From positions 1,410-65,409 of the forward strand of contig QZJG01000065.1 in assembly GCA_003599275.1 (NCBI GenBank): DNA of 64,000 nt, read 5' to 3'. Under the pieces are notes generated by a model. It did no database searches. It was not told the origin of the DNA and was given only the letters and a program-made list of their open reading frames with translations. Shown here piece after piece: positions 1 to 9,190 of this stretch. Each line of letters starts with the position of its first letter. The stretch's first letter is position 1. The stretch comes from Nitrospiraceae bacterium. Its GTDB lineage: Bacteria; Nitrospirota; Thermodesulfovibrionia; UBA6902. A program made the position numbers and the translations under genes.

Positions 1-1536
1 ATAGCCCCATGCACTTACTACTATAAGGCTTGTCACAATATTGCCCGGAAGCCAGCCGGTCCTTGACAGTGGTTTATACACGCATCCTCCAAGCTCCTGA
101 AGGAGAAACCTTGCGACCCTTGTGCCCGTATCAACGGTCGTAAGGATAAACAGGGCTTCAAACATCAGCGCGAAGTTATACCAATACGGCATAAGCCCTT
201 TCATGCCGGGGAGGCCTGAAAATATTGACGCCATTCCAACTGCAAGCGAGACGGCCCCGCCCGGCCTTCCGGCGACATCGACGCCGACAGTTTTTGAAAG
301 CACGGCAATTTTATCCACAGGGAAACCGAGCGCTGCAATGGCGTCAAATGAAAGCTTTGTATTTATCGCAAAATAATCACCGGGGACCAGTATCGTAGCG
401 GCTATCAACGCCATAATGGACACAAACCCCTCAACAAGCATCGCGCCGTAACCGATGGCGGGGATATGGCTTTCACTCATGATCATCTTCGGTGTTGTTC
501 CCGAGGAAATCAGAGAATGAAATCCGGATATCGCTCCGCATGCAATTGTTATGAACATGAAGGGGAACAATTTTCCCGGAATAACGGGGCCGCCGCCTTC
601 GACAAATTTTGTAACAGCAGGCATTTGTATTGCCGGAGCTATAAAGACTACGCCGAATGCAAGGAGAAGGACGGTGCCGATCTTCATGTAAGTTGAAAGA
701 TAATCCCTGGGACAAAGCAGCATCCATACGGGGAGCACTGATGCAACAAAACCATAGAGCGCAATCGAGAAGACGAGGCTGTTTTGAGAAAGATTGAAAT
801 AGGGCTCAAGAAATGAACCGGGAATATAATGCCCCATAAATACGGCCGCAAAAAGCAGTATGACCCCCAGGACTGTGACCTCTCCGACCTTTCCGGGTCT
901 TATGCGATAGAGATATGTCCCCATGAAAAAAGCGATGGGTATCGTCAGGAATATGGTGAATGTCCCCCATGGACTCTTTGCAAGCGCATTCACGACAGCA
1001 AGGCCAAGCCCCGCCAATGCGACAATGATGATAAACAAAATCGCGAATGCCGCTGCAATGCCCCCAACCGGCCCGATCTCGTCCCTCGCTATACCGGCGA
1101 GGGACCTGCCGTCTTTTCTGACAGAGGCAAACAGGACCACCATATCATGGACGGCGCCGCCGAGCGCCGAGCCTATCAGTATCCAGAGGAACCCCGGCAG
1201 ATATCCGAATTGCGCGGCGAGCATCGGGCCGATCAACGGACCGGCTCCTGCTATTGCGGCAAAGTGATGGCCGAACAGTACCCATCTGTTTGTCGGATGG
1301 AAGTCAATCCTGTCCGCAAGCCTCATTGCCGGCGTGACGCGGTTCTCATCAATGGAAAGCACCTTTGCTGCCAGAAAAGAGGCATAGAACCTGTAAGATA
1401 TCGCATAGAAGCATGCGGCTGCGGCAATCAGCCAGAGGGCGTTGATTTTTTCAGCGGGGTTGATGGCCCCGGCAACTATCGAAAGTGCAATCGCAGCGGT
1501 TATCGATATGATTATCCATACGGCCTTTTTGAGCAT
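1..1536 (-). CDS. cstA: Carbon starvation protein A (CstA), 3'-partial at window edge
   Basis: Reverse-strand translation from ATG at 1534-1536 gives MLKKAVWIIISITAAIALS..., a polytopic membrane protein typical of the CstA family. The ORF runs off the window start with no stop. The listed + strand ORFs 829-1548 and 923-1267 are antisense artefacts. Confidence 0.75.
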   Translation of the reverse strand, partial: MLKKAVWIIISITAAIALSIVAGAINPAEKINALWLIAAAACFYAISYRFYASFLAAKVLSIDENRVTPAMRLADRIDFHPTNRWVLFGHHFAAIAGAGPLIGPMLAAQFGYLPGFLWILIGSALGGAVHDMVVLFASVRKDGRSLAGIARDEIGPVGGIAAAFAILFIIIVALAGLGLAVVNALAKSPWGTFTIFLTIPIAFFMGTYLYRIRPGKVGEVTVLGVILLFAAVFMGHYIPGSFLEPYFNLSQNSLVFSIALYGFVASVLPVWMLLCPRDYLSTYMKIGTVLLLAFGVVFIAPAIQMPAVTKFVEGGGPVIPGKLFPFMFITIACGAISGFHSLISSGTTPKMIMSESHIPAIGYGAMLVEGFVSIMALIAATILVPGDYFAINTKLSFDAIAALGFPVDKIAVLSKTVGVDVAGRPGGAVSLAVGMASIFSGLPGMKGLMPYWYNFALMFEALFILTTVDTGTRVARFLLQELGGCVYKPLSRTGWLPGNIVTSLIVVSAWGY

Positions 1537-1577
1537 TTTTTATTGTAGCCGAATGTGTGGTCCAAATCCAGCGGGAT

Positions 1578-4424
1578 TTATTGAGTTGTAAAGCGTTGCA
1601 CCTGACTCTCTGTTATTCCTCCCTTACCATCATCAACAGTGACTTTCCAGTAGTATGTAGTGCCTGTTTCTAATCCTGATACACTCCGGGTAACTTCATC
1701 ACTTGTCACCCCTCCGCCTCCATTACCGCCACCGCCACCCCCTCCGCCGCCACCGCATGAAACAAAGAGCATGGTGAACATCGTAATTATTACGATCAGG
1801 AGGAACATTTTTTTTCTGGTCCTTGCATCAGCGGCAAACACCATTCCGAACAACAACAGGCCGAGACCGGTCCCTGCATAGTGGACAGTTTTATTTCCGG
1901 CAGAAGCCTGTATGGAGGTAACGCCTATAAAATCCGGATCTTCACTATAGTAAAAGTGATAGGTTATCTGGTCCAGATCGGGGTCTGTGCAATTTTTCCA
2001 TCTGAATGACAGAGTTGTTCCCATATTTATCTGACCATTTGCAGGATAAACAAGCTCAGGCGAGGAAGGCGGATTATTATCGGCTGATGAAAGCCCTGTT
2101 CCACTTACTGCAACCATTACCGGATTTTCATCCGAATCATTTGACGGGATGTCAAAGCTGTCACTGAATGTGCCGGTCGCAGTCGGGGTAAAATTAACTG
2201 TAATGGTGCAGTCCTCTGTCGGCAACAGGACTTTTCCTGAGCAGTTGTCATTCAATATCTCAAATGGCGGTGTGAGCTGGTCATTCAGCGCTATGGCTCC
2301 TATAACAAGATTTGCAGTCCCGTAATTGGCTATCTTGACGGCCCTTGCCATGACGAGGCCTTCCGTTAAATTCTCAAAAGGCATTTGAAGGTCATCGGCA
2401 GGTCCCCTGGCATCGGACACCTTAATGTCCGGCGTCGGCAGAGTTCCTGTCCCACTCACACTTACGGTCACCGTGCTTTCATCGGGATCGTCAGAAGGAA
2501 TATCAAAGCTGTCGGCAGACATTATCAATGCTGACGGGGCGAAGGTCACTTTGAAAGTACACGTTGCCGCCGGGACCAGGACTTTGTTTGAGCAGTTGTC
2601 ATTTGATATTTCAAACGGCGTCGCAACGGGATTTGCACCTGCAATCTGACCGATATTAAAATCCGCATTGCCGCTGTTGGCAACCGTCACTGTCTGACTC
2701 GATAAACTGCCGGCTGATATATTACCGAAGGGCATGTTCCTGTCATCAACGGGTGGGATGGTGTCTGTCACTGAAATGTCAGGCTGAAGTATCTGTGAAG
2801 CAGGCAGATCTAATCTTCCATAGCCATAAACATTATCTTTTCCTGTCGCCCCCATATCTACTGCCTGATCAGTCAGGGCGTCCCATAACTGCGAGACAGA
2901 ATAACCGGGCTTATGGGAAAGGATTAAGGCCGCTGCCCCTGCAACATGCGGACTGGATGCGCTTGTGCCGAAAAAAGAACCATACGAATAACTTGATACA
3001 CCATCAGGGCCGCTGATATCCGGTTTTATTCTGCTGTCATTAGACGGGCCTTGCGAACTGAAACTCTCATAGGGACCGGTGCTCCATTTGTCCTTATTTA
3101 TGGCGGCAACGGCCATTGCATTAACTGCGTCTGCCGGGCCTATAAGACTGCTTGAGGCAACTGCGGGATTCAGGTTGTGATTGAAACTGTAAACCTCAAG
3201 CTTATGGTTTCCGGTTGCGGAACTTTTTTTGATTTTCAGATAATAAGTGCCGGAGGCCGGTACAGGATAATAAATATCTTCTATCGGCAGTTGTGTCCCG
3301 GTCTGAGATGTGTTGCTTGATGCCACCGGTGAAATTGAACTGTAACTATTATAAAGGAGCAAGTCATAGTCCTGATCGGTAGCAGGCCATGCATTCCATG
3401 TCAAAAAGGCCTGAATTGTCGATCCCGCACTTGCATAAATGGTTACAGCCTCATTGCTTCCGGATACGTTATGCCATTTGTCTGCATCAGGGTCTGAAAA
3501 GGCAGCTTCGTAGTGTTGCTGTGCTGAATTCCCTGCGGAATTTACCCACAGAATGCCGCTCGAATAGGCATCGTTAACAGTGCAGACCGGGTTGTCGTAA
3601 TAACATTCGCCGCTATAGAAATTTGTATTTACCCATCCTACTGAGTGGTTTATGATTTTAATCCCGTTATTTTTGCAGTAATCTTTTGCATCCTTTAAAT
3701 CTAAATTGTCGTCGATCTTCATAAGATACAATTGCGCCTCCGGGGCCATGTCGTAGACAATCTCGGCAACAGCGGTCCCGTGGTCTTCCGTCTCATTGGA
3801 GAAAGTTGTCGAAGTACATGAGCTCGTACAGTCGATTTTTGCAACACTGCCCGGCAATTCGCCTGCGGATATAGCTGAAGATAATCCTTTAAATCCGACG
3901 TCTATTATCGCGATTTTTACCCCTGCGCCTTTATATCCTGTGGAATGATAAACGGACGCCCCTGTCAGGCCCACTCCCTCACTTGTATATGATAACGGCA
4001 GGGGCTTATCAGGTAATTTTATAAACGATATCCCTGCCACATTATCTGCTATCTGTTTAATCATATTGACCGGGACCTTTGCTTTCATCACCTTATCGCC
4101 GCTCTTTACGATCTCAACTCCATAAGACTGAAGGGCATTCCTGTCAATTGCGTCAACGGTCCCGTCAGGTTTTGAAATCAGAAACACTGTGACTTTGTCC
4201 CGGTATTCAATTTTTATGTCTCTCTCCCGAGCAAAACTTTGAATATTGATTACGTCTGTTTCATATTTGTCCTGCAATTCCGCAAGGACACTTGCTACTT
4301 TTGGATGTACATTCCCGTTCTTGTAAACACCTTGCGCATTTGACGAAGCAGTGAAGACACAAACAATAAATACGGCTATCGTAAAAAATATTGCTGATTG
4401 CCTCACGTACCATTTCCTGTTCAT
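1578..4424 (-). CDS. Secreted subtilisin-like (S8) serine protease, with prodomain, two ~110-aa tandem beta-domain repeats and a C-terminal FN3-like/poly-Gly region
   Basis: N-terminal signal peptide. Catalytic triad motifs are present: DVGF (Asp), HGTAVAEIV (His), GTSASSPHVAGAAALI (Ser). An internal tandem repeat has the pattern ...FDIPSDDPDESTVTVSVSGTG / ...FDIPSNDSDENPVMVAVSGTG. A G10NG4 run sits near the C-terminus. Confidence 0.85.
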   Translation of the reverse strand: MNRKWYVRQSAIFFTIAVFIVCVFTASSNAQGVYKNGNVHPKVASVLAELQDKYETDVINIQSFARERDIKIEYRDKVTVFLISKPDGTVDAIDRNALQSYGVEIVKSGDKVMKAKVPVNMIKQIADNVAGISFIKLPDKPLPLSYTSEGVGLTGASVYHSTGYKGAGVKIAIIDVGFKGLSSAISAGELPGSVAKIDCTSSCTSTTFSNETEDHGTAVAEIVYDMAPEAQLYLMKIDDNLDLKDAKDYCKNNGIKIINHSVGWVNTNFYSGECYYDNPVCTVNDAYSSGILWVNSAGNSAQQHYEAAFSDPDADKWHNVSGSNEAVTIYASAGSTIQAFLTWNAWPATDQDYDLLLYNSYSSISPVASSNTSQTGTQLPIEDIYYPVPASGTYYLKIKKSSATGNHKLEVYSFNHNLNPAVASSSLIGPADAVNAMAVAAINKDKWSTGPYESFSSQGPSNDSRIKPDISGPDGVSSYSYGSFFGTSASSPHVAGAAALILSHKPGYSVSQLWDALTDQAVDMGATGKDNVYGYGRLDLPASQILQPDISVTDTIPPVDDRNMPFGNISAGSLSSQTVTVANSGNADFNIGQIAGANPVATPFEISNDNCSNKVLVPAATCTFKVTFAPSALIMSADSFDIPSDDPDESTVTVSVSGTGTLPTPDIKVSDARGPADDLQMPFENLTEGLVMARAVKIANYGTANLVIGAIALNDQLTPPFEILNDNCSGKVLLPTEDCTITVNFTPTATGTFSDSFDIPSNDSDENPVMVAVSGTGLSSADNNPPSSPELVYPANGQINMGTTLSFRWKNCTDPDLDQITYHFYYSEDPDFIGVTSIQASAGNKTVHYAGTGLGLLLFGMVFAADARTRKKMFLLIVIITMFTMLFVSCGGGGGGGGGGNGGGGVTSDEVTRSVSGLETGTTYYWKVTVDDGKGGITESQVQRFTTQ

Positions 4425-4433
4425 TTTGTCCCC

Positions 4434-4871
4434 TTACCGTACTACCGGTTTGTCAGGCAATTTTATCGACCGTATAATGGGTTCTTTTGATAGAGAGGTC
4501 AGCGCTTCTACAGGGACCGACGCCCTCAATAAATCTTTTGATTTTTTTTCTTCAACGATGCCGTGACTTTTAATTATCTCTTCTCTCTTTGAATCGTCAG
4601 AGGCCGGATCAAATATTATAAAGACCCTGACTTTCCCATTGGACAAGAAGATGTCATGTTGCTTTGCAAAGTTTTCCCGGTCTGCTGCAAGTGTAAGTTC
4701 ATAAAGTACTGAGCTGAGTTTCGCATATTCTCCGGGTTGCTTGTGTTGTGTCACTTTTTCCGGGAGGGCAGATTGTTGCGCAGATGTGCAGGACGCTATT
4801 AAAAGCAGATGGAGAAATAAAAAAGCGCTTTTGATTGTTCCGGATTTATAAACCCTGCTTGCCCTTTTCAT
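4434..4871 (-). CDS. Stand-alone lipoprotein homologous to the protease's own N-terminal prodomain (I9-inhibitor-like)
   Basis: Lipobox LLIASC. It aligns with residues ~40-140 of the downstream protease (SSVLYEL/ASVLAEL, KVRVFIIFDP/KVTVFLISKP, SIKLPDKP/SFIKLPDKP). Its stop lies 7 bp before the protease start. Confidence 0.7.
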   Translation of the reverse strand: MKRASRVYKSGTIKSAFLFLHLLLIASCTSAQQSALPEKVTQHKQPGEYAKLSSVLYELTLAADRENFAKQHDIFLSNGKVRVFIIFDPASDDSKREEIIKSHGIVEEKKSKDLLRASVPVEALTSLSKEPIIRSIKLPDKPVVR

Positions 4872-4990
4872 TGAGACGGCCCCCGGTTAATTTCAAGAAT
4901 CGACTTAAATTTTATATCAGACTCCCATCCCATTGTCAAACAGCCGGGGCGGGTTAAACGCACAATTCTTTATTTTGTATAATATAAACC

Positions 4991-6406
4991 ATGTCAAACA
5001 TCAAACATGATTTAAACGGACTTTCTATTCTCGTAATTGAAGATGATACGGCTTCAGTGAAAAGTATCGAGGGTGAGCTGAGGGATTACGGCGCAAATGT
5101 CTTTACGGCATCGGGAGCTGAAAGGGCGTCGGAGATTTTATCAAAGGAGCATATCAGCGTGATACTCGTCTCCCTCATGCTTGCAGACGAGAAATGCCTG
5201 AATGCCGTAAAGGATTACAAGGCAAGATATCCGGACACCCTGTTTTATTTATTGGCCGAGCATAATTACTGCCTCGTGGAACCGGTTGAAGAATCCATAA
5301 GGCAGATATTGGATGATTACTTCCGGAAGCCCCTTGATATTGAAAGATTTGCAAGTATAGTTGGGGCGAGTTTCGGAAGGCCCCGTTCTTCGATAACGGC
5401 GTTGTCCGTAATCGAGCCTTTAGCCAACAGGACAAAGCCGTATTTTATCTTCCGGTCCTATACCATGCGCCTGGCGCTCTCCAGCCTTCCACAGATCGCA
5501 GCTTCGGAACAGACCGTCCTTGTTTCGGGAGAAACAGGGACAGGGAAGGAACTGGTCGCCCGCGCCATTCATATGCTGAGTCCACGTTCGAACGGTCCGT
5601 TTGTCCCCATCAACTGCGGCGCCATACCCGAGAGCCTCATTGAGAGCGAGCTCTTCGGCCATGAAAAAGGGGCCTTCACAGGGGCGTTCAAGAGCCGGAA
5701 GGGGAAGTTCGAGGCCGCAGACAACGGGACGTTATTTCTCGATGAGATCGGCGACATGCCGCTTGTTCTGCAGATCCGCCTTCTCAGGGTGCTGGAAGAC
5801 AGGGAGGTCTATCGTATCGGCAGTGATAAGCGCATACCCGTCAGCGTCAGGGTCATAACCGCTACTCATATGGACCTTGAAGGCGCGGTGAGGAACGGCC
5901 TTTTCAGGGAAGACCTCTACTACCGTTTGAATGTACTCCGCATCCACCTGCCGCCGCTCAGAGAGCGTGTTGACGACATTCCGATACTCGCTTTGCATTT
6001 CCTCGAAAGGGCGTTTGATGAGATGCGGCGCGCTCAGCCCTATCCTTCCCTTTCACCTGAGACGGTCTACCTCCTTCAGCGCCATCCCTGGAATGGCAAT
6101 GTCAGGGAACTCAGAAACGTCATGACCCGTGTGGCCACATTATTGCCTCCCGACACAAAACATGTATTCCCGATACATGTCTCGCCTCATCTTGAAGGTA
6201 TAAACAGGGCAAAGAAAAGTCCGGACATCCCGGTAAGTTCGCAGGGGATATTCATCCCGAAAGGAACATCCCTCGAAAAGGCTGAAGACATGCTGATACA
6301 GGAGACATTAAAACAGACCGGCGGCAATCGCACAAAGGCCGCAAAACTTCTCGGCATCAGCATCAGGACCCTCAGAAGAAAGCTCCCCGGCATCCCCTCC
6401 CCATAG
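4991..6406 (+). CDS. Sigma-54-dependent transcriptional activator (NtrC family) with a non-phosphorylatable receiver-like domain
   Basis: AAA+ sigma-54 interaction motifs GETGTGKELVARAIH, GAFTGA and ESELFGHEKGAFTGA. C-terminal Fis-type HTH AAKLLGISIRTLRRKL. In the N-terminal REC-like domain the phospho-Asp position reads VILVSLMLAD (Ser) and the Thr position reads LLAEH (Ala). Confidence 0.85.
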   Translation: MSNIKHDLNGLSILVIEDDTASVKSIEGELRDYGANVFTASGAERASEILSKEHISVILVSLMLADEKCLNAVKDYKARYPDTLFYLLAEHNYCLVEPVEESIRQILDDYFRKPLDIERFASIVGASFGRPRSSITALSVIEPLANRTKPYFIFRSYTMRLALSSLPQIAASEQTVLVSGETGTGKELVARAIHMLSPRSNGPFVPINCGAIPESLIESELFGHEKGAFTGAFKSRKGKFEAADNGTLFLDEIGDMPLVLQIRLLRVLEDREVYRIGSDKRIPVSVRVITATHMDLEGAVRNGLFREDLYYRLNVLRIHLPPLRERVDDIPILALHFLERAFDEMRRAQPYPSLSPETVYLLQRHPWNGNVRELRNVMTRVATLLPPDTKHVFPIHVSPHLEGINRAKKSPDIPVSSQGIFIPKGTSLEKAEDMLIQETLKQTGGNRTKAAKLLGISIRTLRRKLPGIPSP

Positions 6407-6513
6407 GTCATAATGACTTGTGGGACATGTTGGCCTGACGTAATCGGGACATATTGGCCTATACTCAATAAAATGTTTAATCCAACCGGTTGAAGTTTCA
6501 GGAAATATAATCC

Positions 6514-6529
6514 TGGCATCCGTTTTGCT
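6514..6529 (+). promoter_or_regulatory. Sigma-54 (-24/-12) promoter upstream of the hsp20 operon
   Basis: TGGCATCCGTTTTGCT matches TGGCAC-N5-TTGC, with GG at 6515-6516 and GC at 6527-6528. It lies 50 bp upstream of hsp20 (RBS GGAGG at 6565) and directly downstream of the sigma-54 activator gene. Confidence 0.65.
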
Positions 6530-6577
6530 TTTTAAATTATATGAAATTTAATTTAAACCTGAGAAGGAGGTGGGACC

Positions 6578-7009
6578 ATGTTAATCAGAGAACTTGAGAG
6601 ACTGGAAAATTTTTTAGAGCCGTGGAGGGACTTTGAGCGTCTGAACCGGGAGTTGTTTGGGACGTTTTCTCCGGTCAGGACCGAATTCCCTCCAGTGAAT
6701 GTCCGGAAGAATGAAGAGAAGGCCGTTGTAACGGCGGAGCTGCCAGGAGTTGATCCTGAAAGCGTCGATATCAGTGTTGCAGAGAGGAAACTTACGTTGC
6801 GCTTTGAGCGCAAACCCGAGGAGCTTAAGGAAGGAGAATCCTTCACAAGGAAGGAGCGCTGGCACGGTGAGTTCAGCAGGACAATAGAACTGCCCTTCAA
6901 TATCCAGGCAGAAAAAGTTGAGGCGAGGTTTTCAAGAGGTATTCTCGATATCGAGCTGCCTCGCGCAGAGGCCGAGAAACCGAGAAAGATAACCGTGAAA
7001 CCGGAATAA
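6578..7009 (+). CDS. Hsp20/alpha-crystallin family small heat-shock protein
   Basis: Alpha-crystallin domain with AELPGVDPESVDISV ... GILDIELPR; good RBS. Confidence 0.85.
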   Translation: MLIRELERLENFLEPWRDFERLNRELFGTFSPVRTEFPPVNVRKNEEKAVVTAELPGVDPESVDISVAERKLTLRFERKPEELKEGESFTRKERWHGEFSRTIELPFNIQAEKVEARFSRGILDIELPRAEAEKPRKITVKPE

Positions 7010-7021
7010 CCCAATAAGGAG

Positions 7022-7420
7022 GTGTTTGAAATGGCGGAGACAATAAAAGACATAAAGACTTCTGAAGGCGGGCATAGAAAGGAGAGAAGGATCTATGTCC
7101 CCGCAGTGGATGTGATAGAGACGGCAAACAACATTCTTGTGATCGCTGATATGCCGGGTGTGGATGAGAAATCCGTAGACATTACAGTGGAAAAGGATCT
7201 CCTTACAATTTACGGGATGATAGATACGCCGGTTTCTCATGACCTTGGACCGGCGGTTGCCGAATACGGCATCGGAGATTACAGGAGGGCGTTCAGTCTT
7301 TCCGATGAAATCGACAGTGAAAAAATAAAGGCCTCTTTCAAAGACGGCGTGTTGAAGCTCGTTCTGCCTAAATCGGACAAAGTCAGGACAAGAAAGATAC
7401 AGGTGATCAGCGAGGCTTGA
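7022..7420 (+). CDS. Hsp20/alpha-crystallin family small heat-shock protein (second copy)
   Basis: ADMPGVDEKSVDITV ... GVLKLVLPK; RBS AAGGAGG. Confidence 0.85.
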   Translation: MFEMAETIKDIKTSEGGHRKERRIYVPAVDVIETANNILVIADMPGVDEKSVDITVEKDLLTIYGMIDTPVSHDLGPAVAEYGIGDYRRAFSLSDEIDSEKIKASFKDGVLKLVLPKSDKVRTRKIQVISEA

Positions 7421-7446
7421 CCAGTTAACATCTGAACAATAAAGGG

Positions 7447-7487
7447 CCGGTGCGTGAGCAGACAATATTCATGCACCGGCTCTTTTT
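7447..7487 (+). terminator. Rho-independent terminator after the hsp20 operon
   Basis: Stem CCGGTGCGTGA/TCATGCACCGG followed by CTCTTTTTGTTT. Confidence 0.6.
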
Positions 7488-7516
7488 GTTTGTTCTTATG
7501 ACCCGCGCAACCGACT

Positions 7517-7930
7517 TCAGGTTGCTGCAGTTATCATATCGTCCCCGTTCATTTTCATGCCTTTTATCTTCCATCCCTCAAAAAATGTGTCAAAACGGTG
7601 GGGCCTTGAGACATCAAATTTCGGGGGCATCCTGAAGGTCTTCCTTGAAATCGCCGGGCTGTTGTCCGCCTTTCCAAGCAGCACAGTAACTTCTCCTTCC
7701 GCCGCGTTGATACTCACGATCATCTGGAATACGGGCTTATTAATGATTGTACTCATGATGGGGTTGATCTTTGCCATTGCCTGGGGCTCCAGGACTGTTA
7801 TAAATGTCCCGCTGCCGATGTTGTCTTCATCCGGGATAAGGATTTCTGAAAACTCTATGCCGGGCAGTGGTTTGTCTTCACGGCTTCTTATCTCTGCCAA
7901 TTTTACCTCCTGATATCGAAAGGTTTGCAC
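7517..7930 (-). CDS. Hypothetical protein (137 aa)
   Basis: Intact ORF with no recognisable motif. It sits between the hsp20 terminator and lpxB. Confidence 0.35.
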   Translation of the reverse strand: MQTFRYQEVKLAEIRSREDKPLPGIEFSEILIPDEDNIGSGTFITVLEPQAMAKINPIMSTIINKPVFQMIVSINAAEGEVTVLLGKADNSPAISRKTFRMPPKFDVSRPHRFDTFFEGWKIKGMKMNGDDMITAAT

Positions 7931-8086
7931 GTGTTATTCATTAAGGTCACACAGATTTTATCTGTACGGGCAGATTTTTTCAATTCATACTACGGTGTTA
8001 TGAATAATGGGGGACCAGATGATTATCACATCATGCGCATTGAATTACCCTTCTGTTTAATGATATTTTATCGGGTGTCGAAGAAG

Positions 8087-9187
8087 ATGATGATAAGCGC
8101 GGGCGAGGCCTCAGGAGAGTTATACGGCGCGCTGCTGAGCAGGGAGGTCAAAAGGCTCTGGCCCGATACGGAGATCTTCGGCATCGGCGGCCCACGGATG
8201 AAAAATGAAGGCGTCACGCTGATCGCCCCCATTTCGCAGGTAGTCGGAATTGTTGAGGCCGTCAAACATACAGGAGAAGTCAGGGACACCTTCAGAAAGG
8301 CGAAAGAGGCGCTGGTCACTAAAAGACCCGATGTGCTCGTCCTTATTGATTATCCCGATTTCAATATCGCACTTGCCAAAAGGGCAAAGGCCGCAGGTAT
8401 TCCGATTCTTTATTACGTAAGTCCTCAAGTGTGGGCATGGAGGCGCGGACGGGTGAAAACTATTGCTTTGTTGGCGGACAGGATCGCCGTGCTTTTCCCC
8501 TTTGAATGTGAATATTATAAGGAGACCGGGCTGCCCTGCGAGTTTGTAGGACATCCTGTTGCCGAGACAATCAATATTACGCAGACAAAAGAAGAGCTGA
8601 AAAAGGACCTCGGCCTTGCCCCGGACAGGGATGTGGTCACACTGCTTCCGGGGAGCAGGCCTGCAGAGATCAAAAGGCATCAGGCAATCATTAAAGGGAC
8701 CGCTGAAAAATTCCATCACGAATTTCCCGGCGTACAGGTAGTCGTCCCTCTCACTGCCGAATCGAATCTCCCGGAAGGGCTTCCGGATTATGTCAAAGTC
8801 ATCCGCGCCCGCACTACCGAGGCTGTCGCCTGTTCAGAGGCAGCGGCAGTGGCGTCAGGCACTGTAACGTTTGAAACCGCGCTCACCGGCACACCCATGG
8901 TGGTTTTTTACAGGGTCTCCCCGGTAACATATTTTCTTGCAAAACTGCTGGTAAAGGTTGAATTCATTTCTCTCGTCAACATCCTCTCCGGCAAAAGGGT
9001 CGTCCTGGAGCTGCTGCAGGAAAAAGCAAGTCCCGACAGAATTTTTGCCGAGATGAAAAGAATCCTGCATGACATGCCGTACCGGAATGACATGATATCG
9101 GACCTGGGCAAGATTAAAGCCCTTATGTCCGGGAAGAAACCGTCTCAGCGTATCGCCCGGATGGCCGGTGAGATGGCTGGATGGTAG
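8087..9187 (+). CDS. lpxB: Lipid-A-disaccharide synthase LpxB
   Basis: N-terminus MMISAGEASGELYGALL...FGIGGPRM and the GT19 fold pattern. The start was chosen at ATG 8087; the ORF is open from 7925. Confidence 0.8.
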   Translation: MMISAGEASGELYGALLSREVKRLWPDTEIFGIGGPRMKNEGVTLIAPISQVVGIVEAVKHTGEVRDTFRKAKEALVTKRPDVLVLIDYPDFNIALAKRAKAAGIPILYYVSPQVWAWRRGRVKTIALLADRIAVLFPFECEYYKETGLPCEFVGHPVAETINITQTKEELKKDLGLAPDRDVVTLLPGSRPAEIKRHQAIIKGTAEKFHHEFPGVQVVVPLTAESNLPEGLPDYVKVIRARTTEAVACSEAAAVASGTVTFETALTGTPMVVFYRVSPVTYFLAKLLVKVEFISLVNILSGKRVVLELLQEKASPDRIFAEMKRILHDMPYRNDMISDLGKIKALMSGKKPSQRIARMAGEMAGW

Positions 9188-9190
9188 AGA

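Noticed and set aside
829-1548. 239-aa + strand ORF (and 923-1267) across the start of the window
   Set aside because: Low-complexity, Cys/Arg-rich translation that is antisense to a clean CstA reading frame on the minus strand. Spurious.
1660-1881. 73-aa ORF encoding a poly-proline run (PPPPLPPPPPPPPPP)
   Set aside because: Antisense of the (GGN)n poly-Gly tract inside the protease gene. No RBS.
6862-6880. Second sigma-54-like motif TGGCACGGTGAGTTC inside hsp20 copy 1
   Set aside because: The -12 element is GTTC rather than TTGC and it is intragenic. Too weak to call.
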